The notes below the pieces were generated by a model that worked only from the letters and a program-made list of their open reading frames with translations, did no database searches and was not told the DNA's origin. The translations under genes and the position numbers were made by a program. DNA of 63,226 nt, filler included, from Asterionella formosa (Eukaryota), in assembly GCA_002256025.1 (NCBI GenBank). It is 8 parts of 8 records of this genome, joined end to end, with 100 filler letters (N's around TTAATTAATTAA, not from the genome) between each part and the next. Parts side by side here need not be neighbours in the genome. Positions count along the whole stretch, not along the records: positions 19,011 to 37,911 come from NKIB01003908.1; 7 more parts are not named here. The stretch is one strand, 5' to 3'. Each line of letters begins with the position of its first letter. The stretch's first letter is position 1. This document shows positions 24,015 to 36,297 of the stretch, one piece after another.

Positions 24015-27000
24015 ATGCTTCGAAAACTCCCACTTTCGGGTTGCCAAAGATGCTCGGCAAAGCCTCGAGTCGCAAGGCTTGATGCCAGGCACCTGTCATG
24101 TCCAAGTCTGTTGCCACGTTCTTCTCGGTTTGTCTCCTCCATTGATAATCTCACACTTGCAAATCGCTCGCCGGCTCTGGCCCGCTTTTCGTCGTCTGCC
24201 GCTGAAGCGCCTCCTGAACGTACACTAGAAGAGGAGTACTCCCGCAAGTCGCCACTGGAACATGTTTTGTTACGACCCGGAATGTACGTCGGGTCTACGC
24301 AACGTGCGCCTCCAAGTGAGTGCTGGGTATTGGATCCAGTGCCTCCACTAGCAGCATTGGACTCACCACTGGAACATTCACGAGCTTATAGAATGATCCG
24401 AAAGGAATGCGCATTTGCGCCGGCGCTGATCAAGGTCTTTGACGAGATTATTGTCAATGCGTCCGACAATCGATTGAGGGATCCGGAAGGCTGCACACGC
24501 ATTGATGTGGTGATTGATCCTGGAAGTAAAGAAAGAGCACCTTTAATCAGCGTCAGAAATGACGGGAAGGGTATCCCTGTTGAAATACACAAGCAAGAAA
24601 ATTTGTGGGTTCCCAACTTGCTATTCGGGCACTTACTCACTGGCTCGAATTTTGACGATACACAAAACAGAGTGACAGGCGGTAGGCATGGATATGGAGC
24701 CAAACTAGCAAATATTTTCTCTCGAGAATTCACCGTTGAAACCCGAGACAAGGAAAGGGGTAGACGGTACAGACAAACGTGGAAAAATAATATGTCTCAA
24801 GTCGGTGAACCAATAATTTCTTACGAGGAGGGGGATGACTACACCATCGTATCTTTTGTTCCGGACATGCCTAAACTAACAGGAATTCAAAATCAAGTCA
24901 AAATTGAAGCAGAAGAGTATGCCATTATGTGCCGGAGAGTCGTGGATATTGCAGGTTGCGCAGCCGGAAGTCTAATAGTCACGCTCAATGGAAACGATGT
25001 ATCAGTACCTACATTTCATGACTACTCCAATATGTATCGGAAGGAGGATGCTCGGCCTTTATTGTATTCAAAAGTTAATTACAGATGGGAAGTTGCAGTT
25101 GGCGTTTCCGAAAATGGATCAAATGAAATAATTTCCTTTGTCAATGGTATGGCAACGACCAGAGGAGGAACTCATGTCGACCACATCGTCCAACAAGTTA
25201 CCAATGCTATTTTTAAGAAGGCTATCAAGCAACATCCAGAGCTCCAGTCCCATCTATCAAGTTCCCTAGTCCGACGAAACTTGTTTGTATCGTGCAATGC
25301 GTTGATCGAGAATCCAACTTTTGATAGCCAAATGAAAGAATCATTGACATCAGTGTCAGGAAGCTGGGGAAGCTCATGCAAATTGGATAATACATTTTTG
25401 AACAAAATTTTAGCAGCAGAAATTGACGGAGGGCCAGGGATCCTAGAAAAAGTCCTGAAGGCGGCAGCAATTCGCGAGAATGATACTTTGGTGAAAGAAG
25501 TTGGTGGCGGCAACAAGACAAAAGGGAAATTGCTGTCGATCCATAAACTGGAAGATGCACACCTAGCTGGAACACGGCAGGGAGCGGGCTGTACCTTAAT
25601 CTTGACGGAAGGAGATTCAGCCAAGGCCCTGGCAATCGCTGGATTGGAAGTGATAGGACGGAAAACCTTTGGAGTGTTTCCTCTACGAGGTAAATTACTA
25701 AATGTTCGCGAAGCAACGGTTCGCCAAATGACCGAAAACGCAGAAATTAAAGCTCTCTGTTCGATCATAGGTCTTAATTTGAAGAACAAGTACGGCACAT
25801 TAGCCGAACGAGCCACGCTTCGATATGGACACGTCATGCTAATGACCGATCAAGATCCAGATGGATCTCACATTAAGGGTCTGGTTTTGAACTTCTTTCG
25901 TCACTTTTGGCCAAAACTCCTGAAGCCAGCTGTGGACGACCCACAAGGTGAGACTTTCTTTTCCTCTTTCATAACTCCATTGATCAAGGTTAAGCTAAGA
26001 GGTAAGAAGGAAAGTATGGCGTTCTATTCTAAGGCAGAGTACAATGAATGGCGAGCATCGCTTGAAAACGAAGCGGATATCAAGAAATGGGACGTAAAAT
26101 ACTACAAGGGTTTGGGTACAAGCACTCCCGCCGAGGCAAAAGAGTATTTCTCCGCCTTTAAGCATCACGTGAGAAATTTTAATTGGCAATCAGAATTGGA
26201 CGGTGACCTCATAGACATGTTGTTTGACAAGAAACGTGCAGCGGAGCGCCGCAATTGGCTCCTGCATCAGTACAACGCAGAATCATTTGTTGTAGCCGAC
26301 GCATACAATAACAATTGTGTATCGTTTGAGGATTTTGTGAACTACGAAATGATACACTTCTCGAATGCTGACAACGTAAGAAGTCTGCCAAGTGTTATCG
26401 ATGGCCTGAAGCCGTCTCAACGGAAAGTTCTACACGCCTGCTTTAAGCGAAAACTTAACGCTGAAATTAAAGTTGCGCAGCTGACGGGATACTGCGCTGA
26501 ACACACAGCATACCATCACGGAGAGACGTCGCTTCAAAATACAAGTAAGTATTTGTCGTACTTGTTTAAAATCGCTTTAGAAACATGAGTGCGCAACGAT
26601 CTCACTCTTCGCCCTTTTCCAGTAATTGGAATGGCTCAAGACTTCGTAGGATCCAACAACATCAATCTACTCGTTCCTTCTGGTCAATTTGGTACACGTA
26701 TGACTGGAGGAAGTGACGCTGCATCTGCTCGTTACATTTTTACGCAGCTTTCACCCCTTGCTCGCTGCCTTTTCCCAGAAGAAGACGATGTGTTATTGAC
26801 ACTACGTGAAGACGATGGGCAGCTTGTTGAGCCATTATTCTTCTGTCCTGTCATTCCTTTGCTGGTAGTTAACGGTTCGCATGGTATTGGTACGGGCTGG
26901 AGCACGTTCATTCCGAAGTACAATCCGCGTGACGTCGTTGCCTTTATCCGAGCGAAGCTGGACTCTTCGAAAGAATTGCCGCCTATTCGTCCTTGGGTAA

Positions 27001-27851
27001 GAGGCTTCACCGGTGAAATTGTGCCAGCAAAAAATGGAGCGGGATTCACCAGTTTCGGAGTTGCAGAGATCATGGACTCACAGACTGTCCATATTAGTGA
27101 ACTTCCAATTGGAAAGTGGACGAGTGATTACAAGAAACGTCTCCTGAAGATGATGAATAAAGGTGATATATTGTCCTTCGCCGAAAATCACACAACAACA
27201 ACAGTGAGCTTTACAGTGAAGATGAATCCAATCGTTCTTGATAGATTCGAGAAGCAAGGAATTCACAAAGCCTTCAAGCTTCAAACTTATCTTTACACTA
27301 CTAACATGAACGCCTTCAATTACAAAGGCGCCATTGAACAATTCGATTCCGCAGAATCAATGGCGGAAGCACATTTTCCCGTTCGATTGTCACTGTATTA
27401 TGATCGCAAGTCTGTTTTGGAGAGCGACATGAACTATAGGGCCACCATGATGCGGAACAAAGCGCGATTCATAGGAGCAGTGGTCGACAAACAAATTGAA
27501 CTCATTGGCACAACAAGGAAAACAAGAGCAGAAACTATTGCGAAACTTAACGAATTGGAGTTTTGTGATGCAGCAAGGTTGAAGGAAATAAGAAACTCAA
27601 ACAACATCGCCGAACCCTGCCTGCATGATTTTACAGGGGATACGGAGGGAAAAGGAAATGACGCAAAACATGATTTTGACTACCTCTTAAACATGCCGTT
27701 GTCATCGCTTACTTCCGAAATGATAGACTCTCTATACAGAGACGCCGAGAAGAACGAAATTGAACTCGCACAGCTCATCAAGACGACACCAGAGGATCTT
27801 TGGAGTAAAGACCTTGACAAGTTAGAGTCACATTTAGAGTCCTATTTTTAA
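24015..27851 (+). CDS. TOP2: DNA topoisomerase II (type IIA, eukaryotic type), probably organelle-targeted; 2 exons, ~1252 aa
   Basis: EHVLLRPGMYVGS, EIIVNASDN, GGRHGYGAK, TEGDSA, PLRGK, MTDQDPDGSHIKGL, YYKGLGTS, DGLKPSQRK and active-site ASARYIFT. Intron 26545-26622 (GTAAGT...CAG) restores SLQNTIIGMAQDF. Confidence 0.96.
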
Positions 27852-27860
27852 GCGACGTGT

Positions 27861-30578
27861 TCAAACTCGTTCAATGTAGTGAATTATGCGCCGAAGGTCT
27901 TCTTCTCTCGGATCAGTCCAAGAATTCATTTCGAAGAAGAATACAAGCGCGTCTTTAGTTGCTTGAGATACTTCAAGCCTTGGTTTCACTACATCTGCTG
28001 CGGGGTGGACAGGTATTCCGTCTTTGAGACATGCTAATATCGTTTCGGCTCGTCTCACGACCTTACGATGTACTCCTGCAGTTTCGGCACATATCAATCC
28101 AGCGGAAGAGTTTGCAACTCCTTTTTTGAGCCGGAAAAGGGGAACAACAATGCCCTGTTCAAGTGATGTCGGCACATGAACAGCCATCTGAAGGGCTGCA
28201 ACACCATCAACTCCATCCTGAAGGAGATGCAACGAGAACATTTCCAGAAAATGTGTGGTACACACCACTTTGCACTTCAGCGCCGCTAATTTTTTTAGTG
28301 CAGCTGTCAACACAGAGATACCTGATGCTGGACTTGTCCCTTTTCCAAATTCGTCGATCAAGACCAAAGTTGAGGACGTACTGCTCCGAAGAATGGTGCC
28401 CATCTGAGTCAAGTCAATCTGAAAACTGCTTTGTGGAACCGAACAAGTCTCTACACAATTGATTCGAGCAAGAATTTGATCTGTGATGGAAATCGTTGCA
28501 CTTTCACATGGTAGGAAGGAACCGATGTGTGCAAGGTAAACAAGGATGCCGACCTGTCGCGTATAGCAACTCTTGCCGCTAAAGTTTGGCCCCGTGATCA
28601 CGTTAATCGTGTTCGTAGAATCGATGCAGGTGTCATTGGATACGAATTCAGAATCGATGATGAGTTCTTGCAATGGATGTCGGCCTTGCTTTATCTCAAT
28701 CATGTTTTCTCTGGCATCCAGAATGGTTGGGCGTTGAAAGCTCAGATCATGGGCACACCCAGCAAACGCCAAGATACAGTCCAGCTGGGCGAGTGCTTGG
28801 AATGTGCAACGAAGTTCTGCTTCACTATCCAAAATATCCTCTTCAAGCTCTGAAATGATCATGCCCTCCACATCTTTGATGTAGGCATCTAAGTTTCCCA
28901 TTTCACGATCAAGCTGAATCATTTTAGAATTCTTGAAGTATGCATCGTCATCGCGGACGAAGGTGCAAGTAAAATCCAGCGGAGTTTCAGTAAACACATA
29001 GATATCTTTGCTTTCGTCGTATACATGCGTATGCTGTGTTTTGTCAAGTGAAGTAAGGAACCCTACCTGAGGTACGAAAATGACTTTCAATTGCTTTAAT
29101 TCGGGATGCCTCAGAATGAGTGTAGTCCCAACAGCCAACAGGTTCTCATCCAAGTGGTCAAGGCGCTCTTTGGCAGTGTCAAGCTCATCATGAAAGCCAA
29201 GCCGAATCGCCACTGCATCATTCATTTCCGCGGTCAACTCTTCGTCGACAATGGATATGATACGTTCGTGGACATCTCGTAGTGCCACTAAGTTGCAACT
29301 ATCGAGAATATTGAGCAAAAAGGTCTGGTACCTTTCCAGCGCCATCACATCGTTCTGTTGTTGTTGAGCAGCTAAAGTGTGCAACGTTGCAAAAAAATCG
29401 TTTTCCAGTACATTGATTATCTCAATAGCAGCTTGTAGGGTTCGCGACATTATACTGAAATCCATGGGATTTGTGCTCACTTTGATTAATCGATGGAGGA
29501 TTCGATCCATTGCCCCGACCTTTTCCAACAAGTTTAGAACGACACCGACTGGTGCTTGGAATTCGGTGCGAAGGAAAAGCTCGATACCGTCATGTCGCTT
29601 TTGAATCCTTTCCCGGTCTATCAAGGGTTTGAGCATCCATTCTCTTAGCATGCGGCTTCCCATCGTTGACTTCGTCCTGTCCAATAAGGAAAAGATGCTA
29701 AAGCCTTCCTTCGTATGCCCATGTCCTTTAGCCAGGAGAGGATGATGTTCTGTCGAAAAAATGTGCAAGGCTTGGAGTGTTTCAGTATTAATTCTCATAA
29801 ACATGGAAGACCGACCTTGCACAATCGAACTGACTGTCACAGTATTGCCTTCTTCAAGGCGAAAGATCGTGCTTTGGAGAAAGGAAAGGAGTGACCCGAC
29901 AGCTTTGATCACCACTTGTGAGTCGAAATCAATTACTGTTGCAAGGGAGTGATAAGTTGAAGATTGAAACATAACTTGATGATGTTCTCCTTGTGCGTTG
30001 CGCGAATCACCAACCCGCTGTCGCTGGTTCCTAGTCTTTCGAATCAAATCTAGAACTCGTAATTTTTGAAGAATCAAGGCGCGGCACTTTCGAATGTCGA
30101 AGGCGCAAGATTTCAGCAGCTGGTACGGAATAGATCCAGAGTTGTAAGAAATCGGATCAGGTTCAGATGGAGTTCCTGTCATTGTTGTCCTTGGCAGTTG
30201 AGGTGGTGGTGACGTGAGAGTATGCAATAGATCGGCATCAGAAGCATTCTTATTGCCAATGAGAATCATGTTGGGTCGTGATACGGCAAGAAAGCGTTCC
30301 ACGACTTCCTTGTAGTTACAGGTTCTGCTGTCGCTGTTGTTTGAAACACGAGCATGCTCCACTATTATATCATTTCTCTCTTCGTCATATGCAGCGAAGG
30401 CAATTTCAGACCCCTCCATTACAAAAGCAACGCATGTCATGCATTCTTCCATGGGGGCTCCAAGTTGGTCCCCGTAATCCAAACTTGCAGGTTTGAATCG
30501 GGAGGTTTGCCCCGTTCGCTCGCTATGGGCACTTCCAACAGATGATGGTCTGCGAAGCGATGATGCTGAACGTCTCAT
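27861..30578 (-). CDS. MSH5: MutS homolog 5 (meiotic MutS-gamma subunit)
   Basis: Intronless 905-aa ORF with KEGFSIFSLLD, ITGPNFSGKSCY, SSFQIDLTQM, LIDEFGKGT and STEHHP motifs. No mismatch-binding domain I. Confidence 0.92.
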   Translation of the reverse strand: MRRSASSLRRPSSVGSAHSERTGQTSRFKPASLDYGDQLGAPMEECMTCVAFVMEGSEIAFAAYDEERNDIIVEHARVSNNSDSRTCNYKEVVERFLAVSRPNMILIGNKNASDADLLHTLTSPPPQLPRTTMTGTPSEPDPISYNSGSIPYQLLKSCAFDIRKCRALILQKLRVLDLIRKTRNQRQRVGDSRNAQGEHHQVMFQSSTYHSLATVIDFDSQVVIKAVGSLLSFLQSTIFRLEEGNTVTVSSIVQGRSSMFMRINTETLQALHIFSTEHHPLLAKGHGHTKEGFSIFSLLDRTKSTMGSRMLREWMLKPLIDRERIQKRHDGIELFLRTEFQAPVGVVLNLLEKVGAMDRILHRLIKVSTNPMDFSIMSRTLQAAIEIINVLENDFFATLHTLAAQQQQNDVMALERYQTFLLNILDSCNLVALRDVHERIISIVDEELTAEMNDAVAIRLGFHDELDTAKERLDHLDENLLAVGTTLILRHPELKQLKVIFVPQVGFLTSLDKTQHTHVYDESKDIYVFTETPLDFTCTFVRDDDAYFKNSKMIQLDREMGNLDAYIKDVEGMIISELEEDILDSEAELRCTFQALAQLDCILAFAGCAHDLSFQRPTILDARENMIEIKQGRHPLQELIIDSEFVSNDTCIDSTNTINVITGPNFSGKSCYTRQVGILVYLAHIGSFLPCESATISITDQILARINCVETCSVPQSSFQIDLTQMGTILRSSTSSTLVLIDEFGKGTSPASGISVLTAALKKLAALKCKVVCTTHFLEMFSLHLLQDGVDGVAALQMAVHVPTSLEQGIVVPLFRLKKGVANSSAGLICAETAGVHRKVVRRAETILACLKDGIPVHPAADVVKPRLEVSQATKDALVFFFEMNSWTDPREEDLRRIIHYIERV

Positions 30579-30740
30579 ATGGAAGACACTTTTTTCTTCT
30601 TGAGTCAGTTTGGCTATTCTACAAAATCATATTCCAGAGAAAATGTGGAGCTTCAATTTTACTTTTAAGCGACCAGGTCAACAACCCCAAATATCCTCAT
30701 ATAATTCCGGTACATAAACGGGTATTGTGGTACATATACA

Positions 30741-31361
30741 CCGTATACCTCATTGTCCTGGGACTCCCCAATGTGCACTGCCGTGACAGAATATGACCAG
30801 GACAATGACGAGATTTCCCTAATACTAGACCTAAGTAAATTTCACTTGTTCTACTGGAATTTCACTTGTTCTACTGGATAGTGCACATTTTTCTAAGATG
30901 TATTATTAATATGACAATTATTTCTGTGATATGAAAAATGAGAGCATTCTTCACCTCGTAAGGAAAATGCGACTTGGTGATCTCAATTTTGGTTGTCATT
31001 ATTAGTATTTTTACTTTACTTCTTTTACAATTGTATTTACCATGTTGTTCTTAGTACTGGTAGCAAGTAGCAAAGCGTCGATCTCAATTTTCAAGGAGAT
31101 AATTTGTATTTTTGTAATTATCAAGGTTGTGACAACAACATGATGAAGGATTCTCCGGTTGCTCACAACCTCTACCTGTTGTCTCTTGTATTTTATATGT
31201 ACAAAATAATCGCAACATGGTAGCTAAGTAATAATACACTAGTGCCTATGAGGACCAAAAGAATTATAGCACGTTAAGCTGTCTATGACAAGAAATTTAA
31301 TGGGTGTTTGGTTCCACCTCGAGATAAATGTACGGGGGGTCCAGGACAATGAAGTAAATGA
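30741..31361. mobile_element. MITE (~620 bp) with TIR CCGTATACTTCATTGTCCTGGACCCCCC-like
   Basis: Left TACCTCATTGTCCTGGGACTCCCC vs right GGGGGGTCCAGGACAATGAAGTA. The left ~300 bp align with 61639-61955. Confidence 0.85.
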
Positions 31362-31899
31362 TATACTAACAGTGATGAAATGAGTATGTTGGAATCCCTT
31401 CTTCTTTCAAGGCATTAGTACTACTACCGGTATATACAGGTAGTATATGACTCATGCTGCACCAATATGCATGTATATTCACAGTAGAAATTCCGTCTGG
31501 GCAAAAATAATTGAGTCAATTCTTAAAATGTCTCTGGGGCCATTTTGACTTCTACGATTTTCTTCGCCTTTCTTGCCCTATTGTTTGCCTTGTGGATAGC
31601 TTCAGTTCCATGTATAATATATATGTATTCATTTAAATTTGGCAATTACATTTCAAAAAAACGTTTTTAGGCTTTTTCAACTTCTGGTCATGGCCATCTA
31701 GAGCAAAATGTAGATGCATGAGGACCCATTTTTTTCGAACCACCTATTCTCAAAATGTATAAAAGTAGAATATAACAGTAGAACAACGGTAAACTTGCCT
31801 TCGATGATGGAATGCGCAAAGATGAAAGAAGAAGTGATGATGGGAAGGAATAAAATGATGAATGAAAATGGCTACAGCTATTTCTTGGCCCTCCTTTGG

Positions 31900-32300
31900 C
31901 AACCGAAGTACATCTTTCAAGAAAATTCGATGTTATTTTGTCGGCCGTAATGTTCATTTGCGTCTCCACTGTCAATTTCTTAGCTGTTTTGTCCGCATCC
32001 TGATGAGCCTTTTTCCAATTCAGTCTAACTGTTACTGGTATAGTTTTGATTATCCTCGAATTAGAGATGCAATGTCTGCATTGGCTGGTGGTCTCCCAGT
32101 ATGTAAATTCCACGATAAAAATCTGATTCTCGACAGGGCACCAGCTGCACTGTCAGTCCATAACTGTATCTCTGACGTCGTGTCTATCTCCAAATAATGT
32201 ATAAACATCTGTAAAATTTCTAAACTGAGGCTAGTACAAATAGTTCCGTTCTGGTTAAGCTGTTTTGAGACAAATCGCCATCTACCGGTCCAAGTATACT
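31900..32300 (-). mobile_element. Degenerate LINE RNase H fragment
   Basis: DGD...NSLTRTEL and NWKKAHQD...MNITADK motifs of retroelement RNase H. Confidence 0.65.
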
Positions 32301-34893
32301 GAATAACATTATTCCATTCATGAAATAATTATGAGAGGGACATGCTGAATTCAGTTTCCCGCAAATATTTGAGTGACTGGCTGATGTAAAACAGCATTTG
32401 GTGATATGTACACTGTTATTTATAAATCATTTTCATAGTGCATTCTTACTATTCTATTTCTAGAGTTGCCGTCATTGCGCTCCATGGCCCATATAAGGTA
32501 GGGCGGTGGAAAGGTTTGGTTGGTAGTCACTTCCTCATGTGGAAGCAAGTAGTTCAAAAATAATTTTGGTAGTTTTGTTCTTCTTGGTTCAGTTCTCTAT
32601 TACTGCACTTCTTGTTTCAGCCAGAGAATGGGATGGTGAGTGTGAATTGGGTTAAAGATTTCCCATTCGGCCCCAATTCTGGTGATTCAATTTGATGTCT
32701 CCATATTAATTGGTGATTCCAGGGCTTCCAACTTTTTGTGTTTTGTCTTTGTCTCATTGCCGTCGTTTTCATGAATTTTTTTGCTTTGAGCAGCACATCC
32801 AGCTCTGGCACAATTTCTTAAGCAGTGACCTCTTCATTTCCCTGTCTTCTTCCTTATTCTTGTTAATTTTTGGCATATCGCCATTCTTGTAGTATCCTTC
32901 TGCTTCTTGCACTGAAAGAGCGCTCACTGTAGTGAAAAAGGTGTTAAACTTTTTCTTTTCTTTTCTCTTGATACTGTCTTTGTCTGGCTTGTGTTGTGTT
33001 GATTCCATTGCTGTGAATTACCCAACTGTATGTAGTGCTTGTGGAAAACGCCAAATCAACATCCATGCAATCACTGGTTTTCACCGCTCCTGCATTAATC
33101 TTTGTTTGCTTTTCCATCTCCTCCTCTTTCTGCATTCGCTTTCTGTAGGATTTCGTTACTATCTTATGGTGATGCCCCACATGCAAGAGTTGTTCTTTCT
33201 TGCCTGTTTGGCCGCTTGGATAGCGCCTTTCGTCATGGTGAATCACCAGTCGTTTTTAGGATTTATTAACTATTGGGAACCGGAGGTCCCTGTCGCTTAG
33301 GTACCACTAAATTCTGTGATCAGCGCTGTAGTACTGTAGTACCGGTAGTCTTTCTTAAACTCATCTTGGTTCTTGTTTACCTAATTTTAAATTGGAGCTG
33401 TCATAAAACATATCAGTTTCTGATGAACAAGCTAGATTACTTGTGTGAGTGTTTGCAATGAACAAAAGGCAAGACATAATGAAAAAACAAACCTCATGCC
33501 AAGAAAAGCGCCAGCAATACACCAGCCTTGAAAATGACCTCATTTGTTCTTCATTGAATCTTGAAATTTCTTCCATGAGAGGCTGTAATTATGAAAGGAG
33601 GAGATGGAGTGTGTGAGTACAATAACCAAAAAATTGTTATACTGCGATAATTTTGGGGCATTCGACAGTAAAGAAAAATGTTAATAGCCTAACATATTTT
33701 TCATTCACAGATATTGATTTGGAACCATTTTGCGAAACCCATTAAAATGTAAGGATAATCCTTTTTGGGCTTTTAAGGTAAATAGCGAACTTTTAATAAA
33801 ATCCACCATAATACTGCCCATATTCTTTCACAACTTTTTAAATTTATTTTGCTATTTTTTACAAGAAAAAAATTAAATTATAGAGTGACTTATAGCAATA
33901 TCGAAGTTTTGAAATTTTTTGAATCATCTGTTGGTGGTGGTTCTTGAGTCCCAGCTTTGCCTTCATTTCAATTCACCAATCCTTTACCAATCAAAGCAAA
34001 TTGTAGTGCTCAGAAAAGATGTTTGCTGTGAAGCACTGCTCAGCAACTACAGAAGCAAGAGCATGGTTGAAAAATAGCATGCAAGAACAATACAACAACA
34101 ATACCTTCAAAAAATCGGATTACTTACATCATTTGTCTTTGCATGTAAGAATTGGAGCTGGCTGTTTCCTTGTTTCCAATCCCTCAACAATTCACCAATC
34201 CCTGAATTGCATTGAAATGAGCACTGAGTGCAGCATTTCTATCTACTTAGCTGTGGATGAATGCAGCCTTTGTTTCTAGTCATTGGATCTGAGCATAATC
34301 ATTAGACTACTGTAGTCTGATGAAGTTATCGTTTTGCTTAGACTTCGAGGTACCAGGTACTAGAGGTACCTGGTAGTATGGTGCCTCGTCAACAGGTATT
34401 CCGATCCCAATACTAGGTAATAGATACCGTACGTAGTTATCTTTGGATGAGGATACATACCGATAGTACCAGGTAATGATCATAATCTGCCTCTCGTGAG
34501 CCAACGTTCTACGTACATTGTAGTACATACAGCACGTGAACGAGGATGAACGGCAACAATGGAATATTTCGTGGCCGAGGCACCGCCATATGGGCACGCA
34601 AGACCGCCCCGGCGCACGGGGATGCCATTTAATGAGGATTGTGTTCATTGTTGCCACGAATTTGTCCGCAAGCAAATTTGAAGTGGCATCATGTACGATT
34701 CATGGCTATATACCAGCATTTATAACCTGTACTGATGACTGATGGTACCAGGAGCCAGGTGCCAGTACTACTACCGGTAGATGATGATTCTGTGATTTCG
34801 TCAGGGATCAAGAATCAAGATACCGGTCCACATGAACTGAACATATTGCATGGTTCTCATCGAACAAGCAGGCAAGAGGAAGTGCCCACAGCT

Positions 34894-36048
34894 ATGACGA
34901 AACTCCTAATGCCGCTGGCATCCCTGCTACTATCAATAGTTTCGTCGCAAACAACAGACGTGCAGTTCTGGGAAGAATTCTACCGCCTCGACTACAGTTA
35001 TGATACACAAGCCCCTAACGGTCCCAACGAGTGGGGTCAAGTCGACTTTGCCTCGAACGAAGGCGAATGGGCCTGGTACGATAATGGCCATCCAATCTTT
35101 GATCTCGACATAAATGGCAACGAGTGCGAGCAGGATGTGCGGCCATCTCCTGTTAATCTCTTTGAGGATGCCGCTTGTCAGGATTGGCATGAAATTCGCA
35201 CCCGCCAGATCCAGACTGGTGACTGCACAAAAGACGACATAACCTTTGAGTTAACACCTTACGGACTCAAGGCGTACTATCCATGGTGGGACGATAATTG
35301 TCTACGTCCCACCATTCAAATGCCTGGCCTTGGTGAATTTATCCTGGTTTGGTTGGAGGTTCATGTTCGTTCGGAACATGTATTGGATGGCCGTCGGTTT
35401 GACGCCGAGCTGCAATTCGTTCACATGGGGGGTACAAATAACACGGAAATGGCCATTGTTAGCGTCTTGATAGACGCCTCGGCTAGAACCGACCATGACG
35501 ACTTTCAGTGGATGCTCAATCAGTGGACGGACGAGCTCAGTACGCAAACGAATCGATGTGCCCCGACGAATGGAACTCGCTTGCGGAAACGAGTGCTCGA
35601 GCGAGCGACCCGGAAGCAACAGGCACACAGGTCTGCCAGCAGCTGGGAGCCAAATATTCAGCGTCGCGCCCAAAACTGCAAACCCGACAAGTTTGGCCGG
35701 GGATGCGAACCCCTGGAACCTCGAACGCGCATGTACCCTTATTCGATGTGGCCCAGTATTTGGTATTTTTCCTATCAAGGCAGTATTACCCAGCCACCCT
35801 GTAGCACCATTGTACACTGGCGCATCATCGACGAACCCATGTACATTTCGAGACGGCAATACAAACAACTCACGCCCTTGATTACGGCGTTCAAATCTCT
35901 GGCCTGTGATGGTAATGTAACATTGACTTCACCAAGGGGGGAAAACTTTCGACCCTTGCAACAACCTTCCAGAAGGACAGATCAGCCCGTGGCGCATTGT
36001 CGGATTGACAATTTTGGTTTTGACGTCTTTGCGGTAGGAGCAACGTAA
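34894..36048 (+). CDS. Secreted alpha-carbonic-anhydrase-like protein
   Basis: Signal peptide MTKLLMPLASLLLSIVSS, then GPNEWG, PSPVNL, SEHVLDGRRFDAELQFVH, YQGSITQPPCSTIVHW and NFRPLQ. The start is placed at the second plausible ATG. Confidence 0.88.
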   Translation: MTKLLMPLASLLLSIVSSQTTDVQFWEEFYRLDYSYDTQAPNGPNEWGQVDFASNEGEWAWYDNGHPIFDLDINGNECEQDVRPSPVNLFEDAACQDWHEIRTRQIQTGDCTKDDITFELTPYGLKAYYPWWDDNCLRPTIQMPGLGEFILVWLEVHVRSEHVLDGRRFDAELQFVHMGGTNNTEMAIVSVLIDASARTDHDDFQWMLNQWTDELSTQTNRCAPTNGTRLRKRVLERATRKQQAHRSASSWEPNIQRRAQNCKPDKFGRGCEPLEPRTRMYPYSMWPSIWYFSYQGSITQPPCSTIVHWRIIDEPMYISRRQYKQLTPLITAFKSLACDGNVTLTSPRGENFRPLQQPSRRTDQPVAHCRIDNFGFDVFAVGAT

Positions 36049-36297
36049 AAGTGACAAACAAGGAACATGCTTTGTTTGCGTGTGCTGTATCGCTGGTGAA
36101 GTTTTTGTTTTCATTGCAGGTGTTGCTTGGAAGGACTCATTTTTTCCGGATTTGCATACATAAATTCTTAAACTTATTAGCAAGTTTTTTAATTAGATTT
36201 TTACAATTAGGACATGATCTAGCGGTAGTGCATTCCTACAAAGTAAACCAAAGGAAGAAGAAATAATTGATGATGAAAATCAATGTACGTCCTGCTA

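Noticed and set aside
34735..34893. Upstream ATG extension of the CA-like ORF
   Set aside because: It would bury the signal peptide and runs through GGTACC/ACCGGT-rich promoter-like sequence.
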